From Thermomicrobiales bacterium (GTDB taxonomy: Bacteria; Chloroflexota; Chloroflexia; Thermomicrobiales; CFX8), in NCBI GenBank assembly GCA_040881885.1, contig JBBECJ010000227.1, positions 1 through 24,605 of the forward strand: DNA of 24,605 nt. Direction: 5' to 3'. The notes under the pieces were generated by a model. It was not told the DNA's origin, searched no databases, and worked only from the letters and a program-made list of their open reading frames with translations. Shown in pieces: positions 8,859 to 17,113 of this stretch. The first letter of the stretch is position 1. Each line of letters begins with the position of its first letter. Position numbers and translations under genes: made by a program.

Positions 8859-10157
8859 ATGGTCGCGACTTCCAGACCCCAGGTGAGGCCAGCCACGGCC
8901 TCACTCAGCCCGTTTCTGCGCGAGCCGCAGAACATTGATGAGACAGGATTGGATCTTAGCTTCATCTCCGACCTGATTATTAAAGTCATCTATTTCAACT
9001 CGATGACGACGGCTCAGGCGATCGCCGACACCCTCTGTCTGCCGTTCTTCAACGTCGTCGATCGGGCGTTGACGCTCCTGAAGCGCGAAGAACTGGTCGA
9101 GGTCGTCGGGTCGAGCGGCTTCGGCGAACTTGCCTACCAGTACCTTGTGACACCAAAAGGGAATGCGCGCGCGCACGATGTCATCGCGCGCAGCGGATAC
9201 GTCGGTCCGGCCCCGGTTACGCTCGACGCGTACAAGGAGGTCGTCAAGTCGCAGGCAATCGGCAATGTGCGCGTAACGCCCCAGGATGTGCGGCGCGCGA
9301 CGGCGGACCTGATCGTGCCGGACGAGATCATCGATGTGCTGGGACAGGCTGTAACAACCGGACGGTCGCTGTTCCTGTATGGCGAACCGGGCAATGGCAA
9401 GACCGTCCTCGCCGAGCGCATCACCGAATTGCTGGGTGGCTCGATCCTGATACCGCATGCCATCACCGTCGATGGCCAGGTCATCAAGGTGTTTGATCTA
9501 CACAACCACATTCCTGTCGGCATCCCCGGCGGGAAGTCCGATATTGACCGGCGTTGGGTCGTCTGCCGCCGTCCGTACATCGTCGTCGGCGGTGAATTGG
9601 TGCTGGCGAGTCTCGACCTGGTCTGGGATAACGCCAACAAGTTCTACGAAGCGCCGTTCCAGATGAAGGCCAACGGCGGCATGTTCATGATCGATGACTT
9701 CGGCCGCCAGCAGGTTCGCCCCAGCGAACTGCTCAACCGCTGGATCGTGCCGCTCGAAAAGCGCGTTGACTTCCTGACATTGCACACCGGCAAGAAGATC
9801 GAGATACCGTTCGACGAGATCATCGTCTTCTCGACCAACCTGGCGCCGAAGGATCTGGTTGACGAGGCGTTTTTGCGCCGTATCCAGTGCAAGGTCAAGA
9901 TCGAAAACCCGACGCTCGACAACTTTCGTGAGATCTTCCGGCGGCAATGTGACGCGCTTGACGTGCCGTTCGACCAGAATGGGCTTGTCTACCTGCTCAG
10001 AGAGTACTACGTCAAACCGAAGCGGGAATTGCGCGCTTGCCACCCGCGCGATATTCTGCGGACATTGACCGGGATCGCCAAGTATCTCGACCAGCCGGCG
10101 GTGTTGTCGACCAATCTCATTGACCGGGCCTGCAACACCTACTTTGTTGAGCTATAG
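8859..10157 (+). CDS. Uncharacterised AAA+ family ATPase with a putative N-terminal winged-helix-like region
   Basis: Walker A LYGEPGNGKT, Walker B MFMIDD, FSTNL (sensor I), DEAFLRRI (Arg finger), RACHPRD (sensor II-like). ATG 8859 with GGAAGG upstream is preferred over GTG 8844. Confidence 0.8.
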   Translation: MVATSRPQVRPATASLSPFLREPQNIDETGLDLSFISDLIIKVIYFNSMTTAQAIADTLCLPFFNVVDRALTLLKREELVEVVGSSGFGELAYQYLVTPKGNARAHDVIARSGYVGPAPVTLDAYKEVVKSQAIGNVRVTPQDVRRATADLIVPDEIIDVLGQAVTTGRSLFLYGEPGNGKTVLAERITELLGGSILIPHAITVDGQVIKVFDLHNHIPVGIPGGKSDIDRRWVVCRRPYIVVGGELVLASLDLVWDNANKFYEAPFQMKANGGMFMIDDFGRQQVRPSELLNRWIVPLEKRVDFLTLHTGKKIEIPFDEIIVFSTNLAPKDLVDEAFLRRIQCKVKIENPTLDNFREIFRRQCDALDVPFDQNGLVYLLREYYVKPKRELRACHPRDILRTLTGIAKYLDQPAVLSTNLIDRACNTYFVEL

Positions 10158-10251
10158 GACGGCGACGCCGGACAGTGTCCGAACGTGACGCTGACTCGTC
10201 GCTCTGACTTGTGTGTGTGGCGGATATCGGTGTGAAACGGTCATCGCCACG

Positions 10252-10278
10252 TCTCAAATGCGTTTCAATCATTTGAGA
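10252..10278. promoter_or_regulatory. Perfect 9-bp inverted repeat with 9-nt spacer upstream of ftsH
   Basis: TCTCAAATG-cgtttcaat-CATTTGAGA, read directly. The function (operator or RNA hairpin) is inferred. Confidence 0.45.
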
Positions 10279-10420
10279 ACGACCCTGTGAGGCTGGATAA
10301 TCTGCCAGTCAGGGAGTAGCATCTGAGATATCCAACTGGCGCTCCCAGGGGATGACTGATCATCAAAGCTGCCCAGCGGCGTCCGCGTGCGCCCAGCAGG
10401 CAGGTGAACGTGAGGTCCTG

Positions 10421-12385
10421 ATGAATCTTCGCACGATCCGCATCACGATCATCGCGACATTCGCAGTCGTGGTGGTTGCGGTCGCGTTGGCACTCAGTTT
10501 TCAAGGCGACCCGGCCGCCGAGACGATCGACATCGTCAGCATGACGGAAGACGTACGGTCCGGCAAGGTCGAAACAATCGTCGAGGATCGCAATGGCCGG
10601 GCGGCGACGATCGAATACACGGACGCCGAAACACCTGCTCGTGAGGTTGAGCTCCCATCGGGCCAGTTCATCTCCGACATCCTGACGACGGCCGAGATCC
10701 CGTTTCAAGATTGGCCGCCAATCGAGGTTCGGCAGCAGTCGGCGCTGACGCAGGCCTCACCCGCGCTCAGAATCGGTGTCGTGATCCTTGTGCTCGGCGG
10801 AGCGTTCTGGTTCATCCGGCGCAGCCAGTCGGGCTTTGGCCGCAACAGCTCCCGCCGCGGCGCGTTTGACCCAATCCGGCCCGGCGACAAGGCGTCGGTG
10901 CTGATGAGCGATGTGGCCGGGTCTGAAGAAGTCAAGGAAGAGATTGCGGACGTGATCGACTTCTTGCGCGATCCGGAGCGGTTCCACAAGCTTGGCGCGC
11001 ACATTCCTCGCGGAGTGATCATGGCGGGACCGCCCGGCACCGGCAAGACCCTGCTGGCGCGCGCCGTCGCCGGCGAGGCGCGCGCGTCGTTCTTCTCCGT
11101 CAGTGGCAGCGAGTTTGTCGAACTGTACGTCGGCGTTGGCGCCTCACGTGTCCGAGAGCTCTTCAAACGCGCTCGCGAGTGCGCTCCAGCCATTATCTTT
11201 ATCGACGAGATCGACGCGGTCGGCCGCAAGCGCGGCAAGGCCGAGCATTCGTCAGAGTATGACCAGACGCTGAACCAGATCCTGGTCGAGATGGACGGGT
11301 TCGAGCAGCGTTCGACCGTGGTAGTGATCGCGGCGACGAACCGGATCGACATTCTTGATTCCGCGCTGCTTCGCCCAGGCCGTTTCGACCGCAAGGTCCA
11401 CGTCGATCTGCCCGACCGCGCGGCACGGGCGGCGATCCTGCGCGTCCACGCGCGCGGCAAGCCGATGGCGACCGACACCGATCTGGACCTGATCGCGTCG
11501 CGGACGACCGGCATGTCCGGCGCTGACCTTGCGAATCTGATGAACGAGGCAGCCATTCTCAGCGCAAGACGGCAAGCTTCCGTGATCGAGATGGACACGC
11601 TGACCGAGGCGATTGACCGGACGCTGGCCGGGCCGGCGCGACGCAACAAGCGCTTCAGCGAGCGCGAGCGCGAAGTCATCGCCTATCACGAGGCTGGCCA
11701 TGCGCTTGTCGCGCACTACTTGCCACAGGGCGACCCGGTCTCGAAGGTCACGATTGTCTCGCGCGGCCACGCCGGCGGATTCACGATGTTCGTGCCTGAA
11801 GAGGACCGCGGACTCTGGACTCGCCGACAGCTGACCGACAGGCTTGCGTCGATGCTAGGGGGCTACGCGGCTGAGGAGATCATCTTCGGCGAGGTAACGA
11901 CCGGCTCGTCAAATGACCTTGAGCGCGCGTCAGGGATGACGCTGTCGATGGTCTCACGTTACGGAATGGGCGAGGCGTTTGGCCTGCTGTCGTCTGGGGA
12001 TGACGGTCAGTTTCAGTTCTCGCAGCGCACAACCTTCGCCGCGGAAACCGAGGCGCGCAATCTCGTCGACACCGCCCGCGATCTGGCGCGCTCAATCCTG
12101 ATCCAGCATCGTGAGGAAATGGATCTGTTGGCTGAACGCCTTCTCGAGGTTGAGACGGTCGAGGCCGCCGAACTGACCGAGCTGCTTGGCCCTGCCGTGA
12201 CCGAAGGACCGCGGCTGAAGCGATCAATGATGTCAGCGCCCGCGGCGCCCGTTCGGGCCATCCGGCCGACGAACCGTGCGCCGCGCCGTCGCCATGCCGA
12301 ACGACTGCTCGCGCTGCCGGCGGCGATCATCACAACCGCCAGCGCGGCGCGGCGCAAGCGTGTCGCCGAGCATAGCCCGAACTAG
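10421..12385 (+). CDS. ftsH: ATP-dependent zinc metalloprotease FtsH (probably a paralogous copy)
   Basis: Two N-terminal TM helices, Walker A GPPGTGKT, pore loop FVELYVG, Walker B IFIDEID, SRH ATNRIDILDSALLRPGRFDR, zinc motif HEAGH, third ligand in GSSND. ATG 10421 has a GAGGT RBS; the ORF track start is 10352. Confidence 0.95.
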   Translation: MNLRTIRITIIATFAVVVVAVALALSFQGDPAAETIDIVSMTEDVRSGKVETIVEDRNGRAATIEYTDAETPAREVELPSGQFISDILTTAEIPFQDWPPIEVRQQSALTQASPALRIGVVILVLGGAFWFIRRSQSGFGRNSSRRGAFDPIRPGDKASVLMSDVAGSEEVKEEIADVIDFLRDPERFHKLGAHIPRGVIMAGPPGTGKTLLARAVAGEARASFFSVSGSEFVELYVGVGASRVRELFKRARECAPAIIFIDEIDAVGRKRGKAEHSSEYDQTLNQILVEMDGFEQRSTVVVIAATNRIDILDSALLRPGRFDRKVHVDLPDRAARAAILRVHARGKPMATDTDLDLIASRTTGMSGADLANLMNEAAILSARRQASVIEMDTLTEAIDRTLAGPARRNKRFSEREREVIAYHEAGHALVAHYLPQGDPVSKVTIVSRGHAGGFTMFVPEEDRGLWTRRQLTDRLASMLGGYAAEEIIFGEVTTGSSNDLERASGMTLSMVSRYGMGEAFGLLSSGDDGQFQFSQRTTFAAETEARNLVDTARDLARSILIQHREEMDLLAERLLEVETVEAAELTELLGPAVTEGPRLKRSMMSAPAAPVRAIRPTNRAPRRRHAERLLALPAAIITTASAARRKRVAEHSPN

Positions 12386-12431
12386 GCCGGTCAACCAGCC
12401 TGGAACACTTCGGCAGACTCAGCCAAGCGCC

Positions 12432-13121
12432 CTATTGCTGCTGGAGCAGTTGGTCGCGTCGCTCCTCGTACTCGGCGTTGCTGATCACACCGGAATCACG
12501 CAAATCGACGAGCGCGGCCATCAAACGCGCGGCTTCCGCGCCAGTGACCGTTGACGGCGCGGGCGCAGCCTGCGCGGATGGCGCGGGAGCGGGCTCGGCA
12601 CTGGCGACGAAGCGGCGGGCACGGCTATCATCGCCAAGATCCAACTTGGATTCCAGCAGCGTTCGCTTGAAGACGAACGGCTCGGCAATGCCGTGGAGCT
12701 TGTTGATTCCTGCATCCGAACCCGTGATGATGTCGATGTCTCCGTAGCCGAAGAGTCGTCCGCCCAACCCCTGCGTCATCTGAACGTCGTTGACCTTCTC
12801 CAGCGAAGAATCGAAGGTGCGTTTGTTGATGATGCCCTCGACCTGAAGAATGCGGTACGTCGTAACCGCATACTGTTCCAGCTTCCAGCTCATGAAGCGA
12901 TAGATCGCGATCGAGAGTGGAATGAGCGAGAGCGCCAGCAATATCAACGTGACGACCGTTTGTCCGGTGGACAACCGATCGTAAGCGATGAAGGCCACCA
13001 CCCATAGCGCGATCGCGCCAAGGACGTACAGGATGGTGTGAAGGAACAGAAACAGGATATGCCGGTGGGCGATCAGCCGGACTTTTTCGTCCTGTGCCAG
13101 CAGTTGATCGAGATATGACAC
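12432..13121 (-). CDS. Membrane protein with a bacterial PH domain (bPH_2, YdbS-like) and C-terminal SHOCT-like helix
   Basis: Two TM helices, YAVTTYRILQVEGII...LEKVNDVQMTQ...RLFGYGDIDI (bPH signature), Ala/Pro linker, LVDLRDSGVISNAEYEERRDQLL (SHOCT pattern). GTG start with GGAGG RBS. Confidence 0.82.
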   Translation of the reverse strand: MSYLDQLLAQDEKVRLIAHRHILFLFLHTILYVLGAIALWVVAFIAYDRLSTGQTVVTLILLALSLIPLSIAIYRFMSWKLEQYAVTTYRILQVEGIINKRTFDSSLEKVNDVQMTQGLGGRLFGYGDIDIITGSDAGINKLHGIAEPFVFKRTLLESKLDLGDDSRARRFVASAEPAPAPSAQAAPAPSTVTGAEAARLMAALVDLRDSGVISNAEYEERRDQLLQQQ

Positions 13122-13179
13122 CGTCTTCCTCCGCTCAACGCCAACTGTGCGCCCGATCGACGTAACGCAGGCGCCACGC

Positions 13180-13986
13180 TCATTCTAACCTGAGCGACTC
13201 AAGGACTCGCAGCGCGGACGATTCCCGGCCGGTCACGCGCTCGATGTAGCGCGTAAGGAGGTCGCCGACTTCGCTCCAGATCGACGGTGGCAATCGCAAC
13301 CAGAACAACTGCTCGATGTCTCCACGGTCGATCGCGCGCAACAGCTTGAGAGCGTTCACCGACAGCGCGGGGACATCCGGACGGACGCGCAGGCAACCAG
13401 GGCAGATGACGCCACCATCGAGCGAAAAGCCGTTCAGAACTGGTTCGATCTCCGCTCCGCAGGTGACGCAGCGCGCCAGCTCCGGCCGGTATCCGAGTTG
13501 GCGCAGCATGCCCATCTCGAAGATGTGGGTCACCAGGCGTGTGTCACGGCCCTCGTTGAGCAGGCGCAAGGACGCGTACATCAGCTCGTAGATCGGCTCC
13601 TGCGCCTGATCTTCGGGCAGAAGCGCGTCGACCAGTTCCGCGAAATAGCCTGCGGTCGCGATCGCTGCCTCATTGAGGCGCAAGTCCGAGAAGTGCTCGA
13701 TCGTCTCGGCCTGCGAAATGATGTCGAGTCCGCGCGTTCTGGCCACCAGCAACCGTGTGGCGCAAAACGGTTCGAGGTGACCGGCCATCTTGCTCGACGT
13801 CCGTCTCGTCCCTTTTGCGACGATCCTGCGCTTTCCTTGCTCAGCGGTGAAGATCGTGATGATGCGATCGGCCTCGCCCAGATCACGGCGACGCAGGACG
13901 ATGCCACGCACGCGATACAATCTCGCGCGGCGTTCCTCGACATCGTCACTTGCCTGGTCGGCGGCCGGTTCGCGACCGTCCATCAT
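13180..13986 (-). CDS. recO: DNA repair protein RecO
   Basis: GIVLRRRDLGEADRIITIFT.EQGK, GHLEPF OB-fold, LGYRPEL..CVTC...CPGC zinc finger. ATG at 13986 or 13983. Confidence 0.93.
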   Translation of the reverse strand: MMDGREPAADQASDDVEERRARLYRVRGIVLRRRDLGEADRIITIFTAEQGKRRIVAKGTRRTSSKMAGHLEPFCATRLLVARTRGLDIISQAETIEHFSDLRLNEAAIATAGYFAELVDALLPEDQAQEPIYELMYASLRLLNEGRDTRLVTHIFEMGMLRQLGYRPELARCVTCGAEIEPVLNGFSLDGGVICPGCLRVRPDVPALSVNALKLLRAIDRGDIEQLFWLRLPPSIWSEVGDLLTRYIERVTGRESSALRVLESLRLE

Positions 13987-14084
13987 TGCCTCTTCCAACG
14001 ATTCCTTGCGCTTGCCGCCAATGGCGAGTCCCGACCGGGTTCTCTATACTCCGCGCTAAGTGTGCCCGAATTGAGGGCGACGTG

Positions 14085-14780
14085 ATGGTTGGAAAGATGC
14101 GGCAGCGGCCAAACTCGCCGGATGGGACGATAGGGATTGAGCTGAGTGTGCGGGTGATCCCGTTCGCAGTTGGTGGCGACGGTCTCGATGTCGCCTTGTG
14201 TCGCGACGCCGGCCAGGAACAGGATCTGAAGCTGGCGTCAGGACAGCTTCGCGGGGGCGAGTCGCTTTCTAATTGTGCCGCGCGAGTCGCTCGCGAAACG
14301 CTCTCGCTTCCGCCGGACTACCTCGAACAACTGTATACGTTCAGTGTCGCTGGCCCTGTCGTTCAGGCGATCGTCGCCTACTCCGCCATCCTGTCCGCCG
14401 GGACACGCTCGGCTGTCACGCGATTCGGGGGCGTCAGCTTTCATCACGTCGATTCGCTCGACGGTCTCAGCGATGTCGATCGCGGCATCCTCGACTACGC
14501 TAAAATGCGCCTGCGGGCCAAGTTGGGCTACAGTAACATCGGTTTCTACTTCCTGCCCGAAACCTTCACGCTTTCGGACCTCCAGGATGTCTATGAATCA
14601 GTGATCGGCCGCGAGCTGGATAAGCGCAACTTTCGTCGACGCGTGCTGGCGGCCGGCATCGTCGAATCGGTCGGCGTCAAGCGCCAGACCAGCCATCGCC
14701 CCGCCGCGCTCTACCGCTTCGCCGGCGGCGACCCCGCAACAGACGCGCTCACGCCCGGTGACACGGATTGGAGAGCCTGA
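14085..14780 (+). CDS. nrtR: NrtR-family transcriptional regulator (Nudix-like domain plus winged HTH)
   Basis: Degenerate Nudix box (SGQLRGGESLSNCAARVARET) followed by LRAKLGYSNIGFYFLPETFTLSDLQDVYE...LDKRNFRRRV...HRPAALYRF, the typical NrtR C-terminal domain. Start ATG 14085 or GTG 14082 with GAGGG RBS. Confidence 0.88.
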   Translation: MVGKMRQRPNSPDGTIGIELSVRVIPFAVGGDGLDVALCRDAGQEQDLKLASGQLRGGESLSNCAARVARETLSLPPDYLEQLYTFSVAGPVVQAIVAYSAILSAGTRSAVTRFGGVSFHHVDSLDGLSDVDRGILDYAKMRLRAKLGYSNIGFYFLPETFTLSDLQDVYESVIGRELDKRNFRRRVLAAGIVESVGVKRQTSHRPAALYRFAGGDPATDALTPGDTDWRA

Positions 14781-14783
14781 CTG

Positions 14784-15518
14784 ATGGCCACAGAGACGAC
14801 CGCAGCCCGACAGCTGGCGGAGCGATCGGATCCATATCTAGATTACGTGGAACGCTGGCTCGCGGCGTTGCCGGAGATGTCGCTGGATTCAATCGTCTCG
14901 ACAGCCGGATCGCCGGACAGGGTCGCGATTCTCTCGGTGGACCTGGTCGTCGGCTTTTGCCACGCCGGTCCGCTTTCCAGCCCACGGGTAGCAGCAATTC
15001 TGCCTGCCGTGCAAGCCCTTCTTGAGAAGGCGGTCGACGCTGGGATCGAGAATGTCGTCCTGGCGCAGGATACCCATCGACCCGACGCCGAGGAGTTTGA
15101 AAGCTACCCCGCGCACTGCGTCGTTGGAACGGCGGAATCGCGGACCGCGCCTGCGTTGTCGTCGCTACTGTTCGCCGACCGATTCACGGTGATCGAGAAG
15201 AACAGCATCTCCACTGTCATCGATCCCGCCTACGCGGACTGGGAAGCGGCCAACGGGCCATTCTCGACCTACGTGGTCGTCGGGGATTGCACGGACCTGT
15301 GCGTTTATCAGGCGGCGATGGCGCTCAAGGTCCGCAGCGTCGCGAATCACTTAGGGCAGCGAGTCATCGTCCCGGTTGACTGTGTCGAAACATACGATCT
15401 TCCAGTCGAGAAAGCCGTCGAGATTGGTTCGCCTCCTCACGATGGCGACCTCCTGCACCACGTCTTTCTCCACTCGATGGCGCAAAATGGCGTCGAGATC
15501 GCGCGAAGGATCGTTTGA
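14784..15518 (+). CDS. Isochorismatase-family cysteine hydrolase, probable nicotinamidase (PncA-like)
   Basis: Catalytic triad Asp (SVDLVVGF), Lys (IEKNS) and Cys (GDCTDLCV). Metal ligands in QDTH and YPAHC. The position between nrtR and nadK supports a NAD-salvage role. Confidence 0.8.
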   Translation: MATETTAARQLAERSDPYLDYVERWLAALPEMSLDSIVSTAGSPDRVAILSVDLVVGFCHAGPLSSPRVAAILPAVQALLEKAVDAGIENVVLAQDTHRPDAEEFESYPAHCVVGTAESRTAPALSSLLFADRFTVIEKNSISTVIDPAYADWEAANGPFSTYVVVGDCTDLCVYQAAMALKVRSVANHLGQRVIVPVDCVETYDLPVEKAVEIGSPPHDGDLLHHVFLHSMAQNGVEIARRIV

Positions 15519-16372
15519 TGGGCGCCCGCATAGGAACGGTTGCTGTCGTAGCGGCGCGAGATAAGAATGACTCGAACCAGCTCGCCCCGGTGATCCAGCA
15601 CTGGCTGAAGGATCGCGGCTGCCTGGTCATCTCCGAGGACGACCTCCGACGCGGATCGCGGGCGGACGCGCTGGTGGCGCTCGGCGGTGACGGACTGATG
15701 ATGCGGATGGCGCACTCGTTTCCAGGCATGCCGTTGCTCGGGATCAACTTCGGCAAGGTCGGCTTTCTGGCGATGGTCGAACGCTCCAGGTGGCAGGACG
15801 TGCTATCGCAGGTTATCGACGGCGAGTATCTCATTCAAGACGGACCGACACTGACAGCGAACGTGTATCGCGGCTCAGATAACATCGGTGGGGGCTGGGC
15901 GATAAACGATGTCGTCGTGCGCAGCGGCATGCAGATGATCGATGTCGAGCTGTATGTCGACGGCCGATATGTCAACACCTACCCCGGCGACGGAATGATC
16001 GTCGCGTCGCCACAAGGCAGCACCGCCTACTGTATGGCGGCCGGCGGGCCGATTCTGGCGGCCGGGGTCCACGGCTTCGCGATCACGCCGATCTCGGCTC
16101 ATTCGCCGATCCGCGCGACGCTGGTCGTGCCTGAAGAGAGCCGGATCGAGTTGGCGGTCGCCAGCGATCGGGACACGTTTCTAATTCTGGACGGTCTGCT
16201 GACGGATGCGTTGCGGCTCGGCGACGTCGTGAAGGTTCAACGTGGCAGTGAGCAGTTCCGGCTGATCATCACCGAGCACATGAACTTCTATACGGCGTTC
16301 CAGAGCAAGTTCAACTACCTGATCCGCCCCGGCGCCGTGCCGTCGCTCGGTCACGACCGGCCCGACCTCTGA
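15518..16372 (+). CDS. nadK: NAD(+)/NADH kinase
   Basis: LGGDG, LLGINFGKVGFL, AINDVVV, GDGMIVASPQGSTAY..AAGGP, ITPISAHS. The ATG overlaps the upstream stop (TGATG). Confidence 0.92.
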   Translation: MGARIGTVAVVAARDKNDSNQLAPVIQHWLKDRGCLVISEDDLRRGSRADALVALGGDGLMMRMAHSFPGMPLLGINFGKVGFLAMVERSRWQDVLSQVIDGEYLIQDGPTLTANVYRGSDNIGGGWAINDVVVRSGMQMIDVELYVDGRYVNTYPGDGMIVASPQGSTAYCMAAGGPILAAGVHGFAITPISAHSPIRATLVVPEESRIELAVASDRDTFLILDGLLTDALRLGDVVKVQRGSEQFRLIITEHMNFYTAFQSKFNYLIRPGAVPSLGHDRPDL

Positions 16373-17075
16373 CATCGACAGGCGCTGGCGGCTCGTCGGC
16401 GTGGTCTTCGGTCGCGCTCGTGCTCGCGTCAGCGCCAACCGCTTGACGCGGCGCCTCGCCGTCGTCATCGGGCGTCGTATCGTCGTCGCGAAGCGGTCGG
16501 GGCCGCAGCTCGTCAGTTCCCTGGCCCGCGCGCTTCGGCGACCGGCCGCCGTCAATCGCCTGGAGCGGGCCGGAAGCCGCCCGCTTCAGGCTCCGTGACG
16601 CGCCGTCCTCACGAGCCAGTTCGCGCGGCTCAGGCGCGTCGGTCAGGGTCTGGTCCGCGCCACAATACGGACAGACTTCCCACCGAACGTCCACAAGCCG
16701 ATGGCAGGTTGTGCATGCGCGTCGCAGTTCGGAACTACAGTGCGGACAGAACACGAAGTCATCGTGAACGGACCTTCGACAGGTTGGGCAGAGCGGCACG
16801 TCGTCGAGATCCTGTAACAGGAACTCTTCCTCCATCGAGCGCTGAAACGCCTCGTCAAGCGTTTCGCGCGGACGAAGGATCAGATAGATGATCGCGCCAG
16901 GAACGAAAAAGAGGACGACAACCAGCGTCGAAAAGATCTGGGTGAATGGATTCGTGCTGCGGGACGTGATATCGCGGTAGGTCCAGACGACCAACGCGAA
17001 CCAGAGCGCGAGTAGATAGGCTCCAGCCAGCGCCAGAACGAGCTGAAAGATCCGCGCGATGAGAGCTTCGTCCAA
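16311..17075 (-). CDS. Membrane-anchored double zinc-ribbon protein
   Basis: Two TM helices (WFALVVWTYRDI; GAIIYLILRP, PLDc_N-like), four CxxC pairs (CPTC, CPHC, CTTC, CPYC), then a low-complexity charged tail. TTG start with GAAGGGA upstream. Confidence 0.82.
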   Translation of the reverse strand: MDEALIARIFQLVLALAGAYLLALWFALVVWTYRDITSRSTNPFTQIFSTLVVVLFFVPGAIIYLILRPRETLDEAFQRSMEEEFLLQDLDDVPLCPTCRRSVHDDFVFCPHCSSELRRACTTCHRLVDVRWEVCPYCGADQTLTDAPEPRELAREDGASRSLKRAASGPLQAIDGGRSPKRAGQGTDELRPRPLRDDDTTPDDDGEAPRQAVGADASTSATEDHADEPPAPVDVRGRAGRDRATARRRGGSGS

Positions 17076-17113
17076 TCAGGAATCCCTTCGGGCGGGCCGC
17101 TCGGGCATGCGGT

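Noticed and set aside
10211-10223. GTGTGTGTGGCGG also found at the ftsK start (23928-23916, - strand)
   Set aside because: A 13-nt low-complexity match is expected by chance in a window this size.
10252-10278. Calling the repeat a CIRCE/HrcA site
   Set aside because: Only the 9-9-9 geometry matches. The arm sequence does not.
10258-10290. 10-codon ORF MRFNHLRTTL in the ftsH leader
   Set aside because: No RBS and no biased codon run suggesting attenuation.
10274-10316. Annotating a bona fide TPP riboswitch
   Set aside because: P2/P3 are missing, ligand-contact residues are altered and the gene context is wrong. Kept only as a speculative finding.
10705-11679. 324-aa ORF antisense to ftsH
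   Set aside because: Ser/Arg/Ala-rich shadow frame of a conserved gene.
14020-14084. Possible NrtR operator upstream of nrtR (TATACT-N8-AGTGTG)
   Set aside because: Poor symmetry and no GT-N7-AC core. TATACT at 14045-14050 is better read as a lone -10 with no good -35.
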